DNA of 64,000 nucleotides from Vicinamibacterales bacterium (GTDB lineage Bacteria; Acidobacteriota; Vicinamibacteria; Vicinamibacterales; UBA2999): NCBI GenBank assembly GCA_050249615.1, contig JBFWQE010000013.1, positions 406 to 64,405 of the forward strand, read 5' to 3'. Shown piece by piece: positions 52,460 to 61,213 of this stretch (position 1 is its first letter; each line of letters starts with the position of its first letter). The notes under the pieces were generated by a model. It saw only the letters and a program-made list of their open reading frames with translations, ran no database searches and was not told where the DNA came from. The position numbers and the translations under genes were made by a program.

Positions 52460-53761
52460 ATGGCAGCCAAGCGCAGGAGTGGCGGGCCCTCGTCGAGGGC
52501 GCCACGCGGCCAGGGTCGTTCCACGCAGGACGCCGGCGAGTTCCAGGCCAGGCCGGGCGTGAAGACCGCGCTCATCCGCGGGAACAGTTTCGCCGCCAAG
52601 GCCGTGCAGTACGTAGAAGTGGACGGCCTGGCCATGTTCGAGGGCGACATCGTCCTGGGCACGGTCGAAGAAGTGGAGCGCATGTCGGACCAGGTGCGCG
52701 CGGAGGCGGGCGGCGCCGTGGCCGCCGGCGTCCTCATCAGCGGCACGCAGTTCCGATGGCCCAACTGCCGTGTGCCGTATACCATCGACCCGGCGCTGCC
52801 GAACCAGTCCCGCATCACCGACGCCATCGCGCACTGGGAGGCCCACACGCGCTTCCGCTTCGTCGTGCGGACGACCGAGGCCGACTACGTCACGTTCCGC
52901 CCGAGCAGCGGCTGCTCCTCGTCCGTGGGCCGGCGCGGCGGCCAGCAGTTCGTGAACCTCGCCTCCGGCTGCACCACGGGCAACACCATCCACGAGATCG
53001 GCCACGCCGTGGGCCTCTGGCACGAGCAGAGCCGCGAGGATCGCGACATGTTCATCGCGATCAACTGGGCGAAGATCCAGCCCGGCACCGAGCACAACTT
53101 CAACCAGCACATCACCGACGGCGACGATGTCGGGGCGTACGACTTCGGGTCGATCATGCACTACCCGCGGAACGCCTTCTCCATCGACGGCACCGACACG
53201 ATCACGCCCATCGCGCCCGTCCCGCCGGGCGTGACCATCGGCCAGCGGAGCGGCCTCTCGCCCGGCGACATCGCGGCCGCCAACTCGATGTGCCCGGCCA
53301 AGCTCCTGAAGGAGGGGCCGAAGGATCCGATCAAGGAGGTCCGGAAGGAAATCCTCAAGGAGATCCCGCGCGACACGGTGAAGGAGCAGATCAAGGACAT
53401 CCGGCTCGACACGCGCAAGGAGCTCATCCGCGACACCATCAAGGAGGGCGTGCTCGATCCGGGCCCGATCACGATTCAGGAGAACGTGATCACCCCGCGC
53501 CTGCCGCAGCCCGGGCCGCTGCAGCCGGCACCCGGCGGGGCGCTTCCCTTCGCCGTCGCCACGCCACACGCCGCGGGCGCCCCCGCGGAGGGGGCCGCCG
53601 GGCTGCAGGCCAACATCGAGCAGCTCGATGCTCAGCTGCAGCAGCTGGCCGACCAGCTGGCCCAGGCCGAGAGCGCGCGCCAGTCGTTGCAGGAGCAGTA
53701 CAACGAGACGGCGGCGCTGCTGGCGCAGCTGATCCAGGAGCACGATCAGTCCACCCGGTGA
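52460..53761 (+). CDS. astacin-family (M12A) zinc metalloprotease with KE/KD-repeat and coiled-coil C-terminal extension, no signal peptide seen
   Basis: GGAGG lies 5 nt before ATG 52460 (alternative GTG 52454). HEIGHAVGLWHEQSREDRD (HExxHxxGxxHExxRxDRD) and the Met-turn SIMHY are present. The C-terminus has the LLKEGPKDPIKEVRKEILKEIPRDTVKEQIKDIRLDTRKELIRDTIKEG and LQANIEQLDAQLQQLADQLAQAE heptads. Confidence 0.85.
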   Translation: MAAKRRSGGPSSRAPRGQGRSTQDAGEFQARPGVKTALIRGNSFAAKAVQYVEVDGLAMFEGDIVLGTVEEVERMSDQVRAEAGGAVAAGVLISGTQFRWPNCRVPYTIDPALPNQSRITDAIAHWEAHTRFRFVVRTTEADYVTFRPSSGCSSSVGRRGGQQFVNLASGCTTGNTIHEIGHAVGLWHEQSREDRDMFIAINWAKIQPGTEHNFNQHITDGDDVGAYDFGSIMHYPRNAFSIDGTDTITPIAPVPPGVTIGQRSGLSPGDIAAANSMCPAKLLKEGPKDPIKEVRKEILKEIPRDTVKEQIKDIRLDTRKELIRDTIKEGVLDPGPITIQENVITPRLPQPGPLQPAPGGALPFAVATPHAAGAPAEGAAGLQANIEQLDAQLQQLADQLAQAESARQSLQEQYNETAALLAQLIQEHDQSTR

Positions 53762-53774
53762 CCCGAGGCCACCT

Positions 53775-54779
53775 GTGATCCTGGTCATCTCCCACCAGCA
53801 GGATCCGCACGCCGAACGCGTGATCCGGCACCTCGAGGCCCGGGGGCAGCCCGTGCTGCTGCTGAACCTGTCCGAGCTGCCGGATCGCGCCACCCTCTCC
53901 ATCGAGTACGGCCGCGGCGGCCGTCCTCGCATCGACTATGCGCGTGCCGACGGCCGCACCTACGGGCTGCACGACGTCACGGCGGTGTGGTGGCGGCGCC
54001 CGCAGGCGCCGGATCTGTCGTCGGTCACCGATCCGAACGTGAGCCTGTTCACGGCCAACGAGTGGAACGAGGCCATCAACGGGCTGTGGCAGCTGCTCGA
54101 CGTGCCGTGGATGAACAGCCCGACCCTGGACGATGCCGCGTCGCGCAAGGCGCGACAGTTGCGCGTGGCGGCCGAGGTGGGGCTGAAGGTGCCGCGCACG
54201 CTCATCACCTCGGACCCGGGGCGGGCCCGTCGCTTCGCAGACGAGGCGGGGCCGGCGGGCCTCATCTACAAGACCTTCTCGTGCACGCACGAGGTGTGGC
54301 GCGAGACGCGCCGCCTGCGGGCCGAAGACCTCGCGCACCTGGATGCCGTGCGCGTGGCGCCGGTCATCTTCCAGGAGTTCATCCCGGCCGAGAGCGACCT
54401 GCGCATCACGGCGGTGGGCGGCACGCTGCATGCCGCCGCGATCCGATCGGTCGCGGGCGACGGGCTGGTGGACTTCCGCATGACGGTGGGTGATGCCCAG
54501 CTGTCCGCCGAGACCCTGCCGGACGCCATCGCCACACGGCTGCTGGCGCTCCTGGACCGCCTGGGCCTGGTGTACGGGGCCATCGACATGCGCCGGACAC
54601 CGGACGGCGAGTACTACTTCTTCGAGGTCAACACCGCGGGCGAGTTCCTGTTCATCGAGGACCGGACGGGCCAGCCCATCGCGGAGGCCATCGCGAACTG
54701 GCTGTCGAAAGGTGTCACGCCAACACGAGGAACACGAAGGACACGAAGGGCGCACGAAGCGGTATCAGGGAGGGCCTGA
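53775..54779 (+). CDS. MvdC/MvdD (MdnC)-like ATP-grasp peptide ligase (graspetide-type macrocyclase)
   Basis: GTG at 53775 lies 13 nt after the protease stop, with a GAGG RBS. ILVISHQQDPHAERVIRHLEARG, VTAVWWRR, LRITAVG and YGAIDMRRTPDGEYYFFEVNTAGEFLFIE parallel microviridin ligase MdnC as I recall it. The last ~20 codons lie in an (ACACGAAGG)n repeat. Confidence 0.75.
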   Translation: MILVISHQQDPHAERVIRHLEARGQPVLLLNLSELPDRATLSIEYGRGGRPRIDYARADGRTYGLHDVTAVWWRRPQAPDLSSVTDPNVSLFTANEWNEAINGLWQLLDVPWMNSPTLDDAASRKARQLRVAAEVGLKVPRTLITSDPGRARRFADEAGPAGLIYKTFSCTHEVWRETRRLRAEDLAHLDAVRVAPVIFQEFIPAESDLRITAVGGTLHAAAIRSVAGDGLVDFRMTVGDAQLSAETLPDAIATRLLALLDRLGLVYGAIDMRRTPDGEYYFFEVNTAGEFLFIEDRTGQPIAEAIANWLSKGVTPTRGTRRTRRAHEAVSGRA

Positions 54780-54795
54780 GGACGCCTGAGTTCGC

Positions 54796-55128
54796 TCACG
54801 TGACCCGCTTCACGCGGATGGTCATCGCCTGCGTCGCCGCCACGGTGACCGGGTAGGACTCCATGGTGATGAAGTCGCCCGAGCTGACGCGGCCATCGCG
54901 GTCGACATCCACGTGCGCCCACACCGTCGTGCCGTCGGGCACCGCCGGCATCTCCACCGTGACGGGCACCGAGGCCGACCGTCCGCCACGCGGGACGGCG
55001 GCGTCGACACGGTGCAGCAGCACGGCGGGCGCGTCCGCAAGCGAGGTGTCGCGAACTTCCACCAGGACGGGGGTTCCCGGGGGGAGGGCGTCGCCCGTGG
55101 CCGAGACAATGGTGAGGTGCAGCGTCAT
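54796..55128 (-). CDS. YbaY/YscW-like domain protein
   Basis: 110 aa. LPPGTPVLVEVRDTSLADAPAVLLHRV follows the xVxLxDxSxADAPA pattern of YbaY-type domains. No signal peptide is evident. Confidence 0.45.
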   Translation of the reverse strand: MTLHLTIVSATGDALPPGTPVLVEVRDTSLADAPAVLLHRVDAAVPRGGRSASVPVTVEMPAVPDGTTVWAHVDVDRDGRVSSGDFITMESYPVTVAATQAMTIRVKRVT

Positions 55129-55219
55129 GGCTTTCCCCTTCGTGCGTCGATGGACGCCGACTTCCAGTCAGCGTACCACCGCCGCCCGGACGTGTCGATG
55201 AAGGCGGAGTCCCTGCCCG

Positions 55220-56395
55220 CTATCGTCGCGCCCGCGGCGCCTGCGCCAGTACGGCCTCGAGCGCCGACAGGCGCGCCGCGAGGTCCGCGTTCTCGCGCTG
55301 CACCGCATCCATCCTGGCCTTCATCTCCTTGAGTGCCTGCACGGCCAGCAGCGGCAGCTGCCCGTAGTTGACCGACTTGTAGCCCTGCGCGTCGGTCGTG
55401 ACCAGCTCGGGCAACACGGCCTCCACGTCCTGCGCCACCAGGCCGAGCACGTCGCCGGTCGTGAACGCCTTGTCAGGGAACTCGTCGGCACGCCAGGCAT
55501 ACTGGACGGGCTGGAGGCGCGTCAGCCGGTCCAGCATCGGCGTGAGCGCCTTGACGTCGCGCTTGAAGCGGGCGTCCGAGAAGCACGTCGGGGCGCCGGT
55601 GTTCGGATCGAACGTGCAGTTGCCGACGCGGATGGCGCCGTTCACGTGCAGCAGGCTCAACGGCGCCACGGTCCCAATCCCCACGTTGCCGCTCGCCTCG
55701 ATCGTCATGCGTATCGCGCTCGACGGAGACCCGTTGGCCGTCGTCAGGAAGTTCAGCCGCGATCCCTGTGCCGTGGGCGTCCAGTCCTCGGTGGCTGCCA
55801 CCTGCATGGAGGCCGTGGCGCCGGTGAACGCGCTGCCGGTGTGGCCTCCACCGCCGAGGCTGCCCAGGAGCTGGTCCTCCAGGACGGCCGTCGGAGCCGC
55901 AGCGCTGCCCTCGGCACGCCTGGTCAGGATCCGCGGAGCCGAGCCGAACTGGGTGAGGAGCAACGCGGTGGGCGAGGCAGGCCGTGGCGAAAGGCCTGGG
56001 GCGACCGTGCCGTAGGCAAACGTGCCACCGATGCCGCCTTCTCCGGCCCAGGTTCCGCTCAGGTTCGCGAGGCTGACCCGGGCATCGACGTGCAGCACGT
56101 CCGCCTCCGGCGCGCTCACGATCGAGAAGCCCAGGCCAATGCTGCCGTCGGGATTCGGGAACGCGACGCCGCTCGCGGCCGCACGGGTGGCCGCCCCGCA
56201 CATGTCGTCGAAGCCGTCGAGCGTGTAGACCGGTCCCGTCGGCGTGAAGCTGTAGGTCACGTTGAACGTGACGACGTTGCAGTACGGCTGGAGCTGCCAG
56301 AAGAACGAACCCAGCGGCTGCGCGGACGCCGGGACAACCGCGAACACGACCACGGAGAGCGCAAGCGCAATGGGCAGGAGGCGAGCAGGAGCCAT
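55220..56395 (-). CDS. secreted tail-fibre-like protein with C-terminal peptidase S74 intramolecular chaperone domain
   Basis: Signal peptide MAPARLLPIALALSVVVFAVVPASAQ (ATG 56395). GNVGIGTVAPLSLLHVNG is followed by SDARFKRDVKAL...GLVAQDVEAVLPELV...VNYGQL (S74 Ser-Lys dyad region) and a coiled-coil tail. Confidence 0.75.
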   Translation of the reverse strand: MAPARLLPIALALSVVVFAVVPASAQPLGSFFWQLQPYCNVVTFNVTYSFTPTGPVYTLDGFDDMCGAATRAAASGVAFPNPDGSIGLGFSIVSAPEADVLHVDARVSLANLSGTWAGEGGIGGTFAYGTVAPGLSPRPASPTALLLTQFGSAPRILTRRAEGSAAAPTAVLEDQLLGSLGGGGHTGSAFTGATASMQVAATEDWTPTAQGSRLNFLTTANGSPSSAIRMTIEASGNVGIGTVAPLSLLHVNGAIRVGNCTFDPNTGAPTCFSDARFKRDVKALTPMLDRLTRLQPVQYAWRADEFPDKAFTTGDVLGLVAQDVEAVLPELVTTDAQGYKSVNYGQLPLLAVQALKEMKARMDAVQRENADLAARLSALEAVLAQAPRARR

Positions 56396-56517
56396 GGCGA
56401 ACCCTTCCTGTGCAGGATGGAGCGGAGCCGGGACGTCGGGAACGGGATAGAGAGCCCGACGGTATGCGCGGGGTGGGCCTCGTGTCAACGATTGAGTCTC
56501 TCCGCAGCCGAAGTACC

Positions 56518-57186
56518 ATGCACTCGAGGTTGACTTCGAGCATGGAGGCGGCTTCCGTGGTTACGCTGGCCCGTCGCGATGCGCGCCCGCAGGTGTTCCT
56601 CCTGTCGCCCGCCCACTGTGGCGGGCGCCGCGCCACGGCCCTCCTGCGACCCGACGCGTCCTCGCCCCTGGCACTGCGGCTGCGTGACGGCACGCTGACC
56701 CTGGGCGAGGCATTCGCCTTCATGAGCGGGTTGTACTTCCGGGGCAAGCTGGCCTACGCGCGCGCCTTCGCCGGTGAGGCCGTGCCCGCGGGGAGCTACG
56801 TCATCACCCCGACGCGCGGCCTCCAGGCGCCGGACGTGCTCGTCTCGGTGGACGTGCTGCAGGAGTTCGCCTCGATGGACATCGCGTCCGGCGGCGCGCG
56901 CTTTCGCGAGCCGCTCGAACGGGACGTCCGCACCCTGGCCGTGCGTCTGCCTCCCACCGCCCGCGTGGTCCTGCTCGGCAGCATCGCAAGCGACAAGTAC
57001 GTGGATGTTCTCGCGCCGCTCCTGGGTTCGCGCCTGCACTATCCTTCCTCCTTCGTGGGGCGGGGCGACATGAGCCGCGGCGGCCTGCTGCTCAGGAGCG
57101 CGGCGGCGGGTGTGGAGCTGGAGTACTTTCGGCTCGACGCGGACGCGCCACGCCGCGGACGCCGACCGCCCAGATTGGGACGCTGA
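56518..57186 (+). CDS. conserved-looking hypothetical protein
   Basis: ATG at 56518; the ORF track start 56410 overlaps the divergent gene region. 222 aa with LLGSIASDKYVDVLAPLLGSRLHYPSSFVGRGDMSRGGLLLR. I cannot assign a family. Confidence 0.45.
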   Translation: MHSRLTSSMEAASVVTLARRDARPQVFLLSPAHCGGRRATALLRPDASSPLALRLRDGTLTLGEAFAFMSGLYFRGKLAYARAFAGEAVPAGSYVITPTRGLQAPDVLVSVDVLQEFASMDIASGGARFREPLERDVRTLAVRLPPTARVVLLGSIASDKYVDVLAPLLGSRLHYPSSFVGRGDMSRGGLLLRSAAAGVELEYFRLDADAPRRGRRPPRLGR

Positions 57187-57189
57187 AGA

Positions 57190-57301
57190 GCCGCAGATAA
57201 CGCAGAGGGGCCGCAGACGAGCCGCAGATGGGCCGCAGATTAGCCGCAGATGGGCCGCAGATGACGCAGATGACGCAGATGGCGCAGATGGCGCAGATGA
57301 T
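57190..57301. repeat. tandem nonamer array (SCGCAGATR)x~12
   Basis: gccgcagataacgcagaggggccgcagacgagccgcagatgggccgcagattagccgcagatgggccgcagatgacgcagatgacgcagatggcgcagatggcgcagatgat ends 15 nt before the ligase ATG. Confidence 0.9.
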
Positions 57302-57315
57302 CAGCGACTGGGGAC

Positions 57316-58401
57316 ATGGCGCTGCCGTTCAGCCCGCCCATTGAGCCCATGCTCGCCCGGATCGCCGAGGCGATCCCCGCGGACGGCGCGTACCTCTACG
57401 AGCCGAAGTGGGACGGCTTTCGCGCCATCGTGTTTCGCGACGGCGCGGGCGTGTACATCCAGAGCCGGGATCTGAAGCCGCTGGATCGATACTTCCCCGA
57501 GCTGCACGACGCGCTCGGCGTGGCGCTGCCGGAGGATTGCGCCGTGGACGGCGAGATTGTCATCGCCACGCCGCGCGGCCTGGATTTCGGCGCGCTGCAG
57601 ATGCGGCTCCACCCGGCGGCTTCGCGCGTGGCGAGGCTCGCCCGGGAGACGCCGGCGTCGTTCGTGGCCTTCGACGTGCTCGCGGAGGGGGGCCGCGACG
57701 TCCGCGGCCTTGCGCAGGCCGAGCGACGCGCCCGGCTCGAGAGGCTGCTCGACGGCGCCGCCCCGCCCGTGCACCTCACGCCGATGACGCGCGATCCGGC
57801 GCTGGCGCGCGAGTGGCTCTCGCGCTTCGAAGGTGCCGGCCTGGACGGCGTGATCGCCAAGCCCGAGGGCGGCCCCTACACGCCAGGCAAGCGCGCGATG
57901 GTGAAGGTGAAGCACGTGCGGAGCGCGGATTGCGTGGTGGCGGGGTTCCGGTGGCACGCCAGGGGGCGGGACGAGTTGGTCGGTTCGCTGCTGCTCGGGC
58001 TCTACGACACGCACGGCGTCCTGCAGCACGTGGGTGTGACGTCTGCCTTCACGACAGCCACCCGGAAACAGCTGGTCGCCGACCTCGCGCCGCTGCGCGC
58101 CGGGGCGCTCGACGGCCACCCGTGGCGCGCGTGGGCCTCGGCGGGGGACGTCTCGTCACGCATGCCGGGCATGCAGAGCCGCTGGAGCGCGGGCAAGGAC
58201 CTCTCCTGGGAGCCGCTGCGGATCGAGCGCGTCTGCGAGGTGAAGTACGACCACATGCAGGGCGATCGGTTCCGCCACGCCGCCATCTTCCTGCGGTGGC
58301 GCCCGGACAAGCCGCCCGAGGCGTGCACCTACGATCAGCTCGAGGTCACCGCGCCTTACGAGCTCGCGAAGGTGTTCGGCGCCAGCTCTCCGCGTCTTTG
58401 A
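57316..58401 (+). CDS. ATP-dependent DNA ligase (LigD ligase-domain / LigC-like)
   Basis: PMLARIAEAIPADGAYLYEPKWDGFRAIV contains the adenylation Lys in KWDG. Also GEIV, FVAFDVL, LDGVIAK and MVKVK motifs, with an OB-fold C-terminus. Confidence 0.9.
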   Translation: MALPFSPPIEPMLARIAEAIPADGAYLYEPKWDGFRAIVFRDGAGVYIQSRDLKPLDRYFPELHDALGVALPEDCAVDGEIVIATPRGLDFGALQMRLHPAASRVARLARETPASFVAFDVLAEGGRDVRGLAQAERRARLERLLDGAAPPVHLTPMTRDPALAREWLSRFEGAGLDGVIAKPEGGPYTPGKRAMVKVKHVRSADCVVAGFRWHARGRDELVGSLLLGLYDTHGVLQHVGVTSAFTTATRKQLVADLAPLRAGALDGHPWRAWASAGDVSSRMPGMQSRWSAGKDLSWEPLRIERVCEVKYDHMQGDRFRHAAIFLRWRPDKPPEACTYDQLEVTAPYELAKVFGASSPRL

Positions 58402-59686
58402 CGCCCCAGTCGTTCGGGGCCTCGTCTGGATCGAGCGGCTCCTGCGGCGGCCGCAGGTCCGCGGGCACGTGCTCGAGGTTGATCCGGATGCGGGTCCACG
58501 TGCTGAAACGCCCGCGCATGGCGTCCACGAGGACGTCGGCCTCGTGGAGGTGCACTGCCGCCTCGGGGTGACGAGACTTCCAGCGATCGAGCCCGGCAAG
58601 GGCCGCCTCGCGTGTCTTCGCGCGGCCGATCTCCAGGAGCGGCCGTGTCGGCGTCCGCCTCCCGTGCGCCGCCGTGCCGCGCGCCTGGCTTCGCGACGGC
58701 TGGACGCGCGGCGGCTCGCCTTCCTGCTTCCGGTAATGCGGCGGCCACGGCGCATCGCCCAGCCCCTCGCGCTCGTGCCTCGCCGAGAGATCGAGCAGCG
58801 TCTCCAGCGAGCACGGCGCTTCGTCGATACCCTCGTGCCGGTCCCCGACCTCCGCAAAGCGCGCGGGCATCGTGGAGAGGGTGAAGTCAGCCGGGTCGGC
58901 CACCTCCAGCTCCTCCCACGAGAGCGGTGCGGAGACGCGTGCGTCGGGCTTCGGGCGCACCGAGTAGGCGCCGGCGACCGTGCGGTCCTTTGCGTTCTGG
59001 TTGTAGTCCAGGAACACGCCGTGCCGTTCTTCCTTCCACCACTTGCTGGTGGCCAGGTTCGGCGCACGCCGCTCGACCTCGCGGGCGAACGCGAGCGCGG
59101 CCCGGCGCACTTCGTTGAACGTCCACCGGCGTTCGATGCGCACGTAGACGTGAATGCCCCTCGAGCCCGAGGTCTTCGGCCAGCCGACGAGCGCGAAGTC
59201 CGCTAGCGTGGCGCGCACCACGCCCGCCACCTCGCGCAGCTGGTCCCACGACACGCCAGGCACGGGATCGAGATCCACGCGCAGTTCGTCCGGATGGTCC
59301 AGGTCATCGGCGCGCACGGGGTGAGGATGCAGCTCGAGACAGCCGAGGTTCGCCATCCACGCCAGCGCCGCGGCATCGCGGGGCACGACCTCTTCGGCGA
59401 TGCGGCCGGATGGGAACCGAAGAGCGACGACGTCGATCCAGTCCGGCCGTGAAGCCGGCGCGCGCTTCTGGTAGAAGTACTCGCCCTCGATGCCGTTGGG
59501 GTAGCGCACGAGGACGTTGGGACGCCCGCCGGCCGCGCGGAGCGCGCCGTCGGCCACGCTCAGGTAGTAGTGCACGAGGTCGCGCTTCGTGTGGCCCGGG
59601 CCCGGGAAGAGCACCTTGTCCGGGTTCGAGATCGACACCTCGCGCCCGCCGGCCGACACGACTTCACGCTCGGGCTCGCTGGGCAT
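58346..59686 (-). CDS. LigD polymerase/primase-domain protein (NHEJ) with C-terminal extension
   Basis: The start MPSEPEREVVSAGGREVSISNPDKVLFP is at ATG 59686. Motifs: LVRYPNGIEGEYFYQK, ELRVDLDP, KTSGSRGIHVYV and VFLDYNQN. The 3' end overlaps the convergent ligase gene by 56 nt. Confidence 0.85.
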   Translation of the reverse strand: MPSEPEREVVSAGGREVSISNPDKVLFPGPGHTKRDLVHYYLSVADGALRAAGGRPNVLVRYPNGIEGEYFYQKRAPASRPDWIDVVALRFPSGRIAEEVVPRDAAALAWMANLGCLELHPHPVRADDLDHPDELRVDLDPVPGVSWDQLREVAGVVRATLADFALVGWPKTSGSRGIHVYVRIERRWTFNEVRRAALAFAREVERRAPNLATSKWWKEERHGVFLDYNQNAKDRTVAGAYSVRPKPDARVSAPLSWEELEVADPADFTLSTMPARFAEVGDRHEGIDEAPCSLETLLDLSARHEREGLGDAPWPPHYRKQEGEPPRVQPSRSQARGTAAHGRRTPTRPLLEIGRAKTREAALAGLDRWKSRHPEAAVHLHEADVLVDAMRGRFSTWTRIRINLEHVPADLRPPQEPLDPDEAPNDWGVKDAESWRRTPSRARKAR

Positions 59687-59772
59687 TGGGGACGCCGCTG
59701 TATGGTAGCCGACGCAAGAACGTGACAGCCGCCGCCACGGAGTCATCGGATGATGAACGGTGGAGTGATGCC

Positions 59773-61194
59773 ATGAACCGGCGCGAGTTCATCGGAACGG
59801 TCGCGGCGGCTGCTCCGGCGCTCGGGTTTGCCCGACAGGCGGTACCCGCGGCCCCTCGCGCCATCGTCATCGGCGCGGGACTGGCCGGCCTGGCCGCGGC
59901 GAGGCAACTTCGCGAGGCCGGCTGGGAGGTGACCATCCTCGAGGCGCGCGCACGCCCCGGCGGGCGCGTCTTCACGCTTCGGGCGCCGTTCTCCGACGGC
60001 CTCTACGCCGAGGCCGGCGCGGCACGCATCCAGGACAGCCACGAGTACACGCTCCAGTACGTCAAGCAGCTCAACCTGACGCTCGAGCCCTTCTGGCCGA
60101 CGGAAGGCCACAGCATCGCCTGCGTGGGCGGGCGCCGCATCCGCGGCCCGCAGGGTGCTCCTCTCGACCTCGCGCAGGTGCCGCTGGACTTCACCGGCGA
60201 GGAACGGAAGATGGGCCTTCGCGGCGGCCTCGTGAAGTACCTCTTCTCCCACATGGCTGCGATTGGTGATCCCACCGCCCCGGGCTGGCCCTCCGGCGAC
60301 GTCAGCCGCTTCGAGGTGCCGATTGCGGAGTTCTGCCGGAGCAGCGGGGCCTCGCCGGCGTTCGTGAAGATGGTGGCGCTCGGGCACGACCTGAGCGGCA
60401 TGTCCACGCTGCAATTCCTCCGCGACACGGCGCTCGGTGCGAAGACGCGGCAGTGGTTCAAGATTCGCGGCGGGAACGACCGATTGCCGGCGGCGTTGGC
60501 GGCCACTCTGTCCGATCGCATCCAGTACGGCGCGGCCGTCGTCCGCATCGAGCAGGACGACCGGTCGGTTCGTGTCACCTCCCTCACCGCGGGCACAGCC
60601 ACAACCATCGCCGGCGACTTCGTGATCAGCACGGTCCCCACGCCGCTGATGGCCGCCATCGATGTCAGCCCCGCGCTGCCGGAGGCCACGCGACGGGCGC
60701 TCGCCGAGGTCGGCACGCTGCCGATGGCGCGCGTCCACCTGCAGACGAACCGGCGCTTCTGGCTCGAGCGGGGCGACACCGGCTGGGCAGCCACGGACGA
60801 CCCCATGGATATCTGGGACTACACCCGCGATCAGCCGGGCCGCCGCGGCATCCTCGGCGCGTATCTGAGCGGACAGGCTGCGAAAGACGTCACGGCCATG
60901 ACGATGGGGGCGCGGGAGCGGTTCGTGCTGGACCGCATGGAGCGGGCGCATCCCGGCACGAAGGCCCACTTCGAGGCCAGCGCGTCGCACAGCTGGATTG
61001 ACGACCCCTGGTCGCGCGGCGCGAGCGCGGAGTTCCATGCGGGCCAGCTCTCGCGGCACCTCCGCGCACTCCGGACGCCTGTCGGACGGCTCTACTTCGC
61101 GGGCGAGCACACCTCGCCATGGAGCGGGTGGATGAACGGCGCGCTCGAGTCGGGGCACCGCGTGGCGGCCGACCTCGTCGCTCGAGCGCGGTGA
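59773..61194 (+). CDS. Tat-exported flavin amine oxidase (L-amino-acid/monoamine oxidase family)
   Basis: The start MNRREFIGTVAAAAPALGFA (twin-Arg signal) is at ATG 59773. AIVIGAGLAGLAAARQLREAGWEVTILEARARPGGRV and C-terminal LYFAGEHTS. Confidence 0.85.
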   Translation: MNRREFIGTVAAAAPALGFARQAVPAAPRAIVIGAGLAGLAAARQLREAGWEVTILEARARPGGRVFTLRAPFSDGLYAEAGAARIQDSHEYTLQYVKQLNLTLEPFWPTEGHSIACVGGRRIRGPQGAPLDLAQVPLDFTGEERKMGLRGGLVKYLFSHMAAIGDPTAPGWPSGDVSRFEVPIAEFCRSSGASPAFVKMVALGHDLSGMSTLQFLRDTALGAKTRQWFKIRGGNDRLPAALAATLSDRIQYGAAVVRIEQDDRSVRVTSLTAGTATTIAGDFVISTVPTPLMAAIDVSPALPEATRRALAEVGTLPMARVHLQTNRRFWLERGDTGWAATDDPMDIWDYTRDQPGRRGILGAYLSGQAAKDVTAMTMGARERFVLDRMERAHPGTKAHFEASASHSWIDDPWSRGASAEFHAGQLSRHLRALRTPVGRLYFAGEHTSPWSGWMNGALESGHRVAADLVARAR

Positions 61195-61213
61195 GCGCCG
61201 GGAGCCCCGCGGC

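Noticed and set aside
52181-53932. 583-aa minus-strand ORF
   Set aside because: It is antisense to the astacin-type gene, which carries a perfect zinc-binding signature.
56410-59746. Ku gene or LigD phosphoesterase domain near the NHEJ genes
   Set aside because: I scanned all frames for Ku-core-like sequence and found none. The 56518..57186 product does not resemble Ku.
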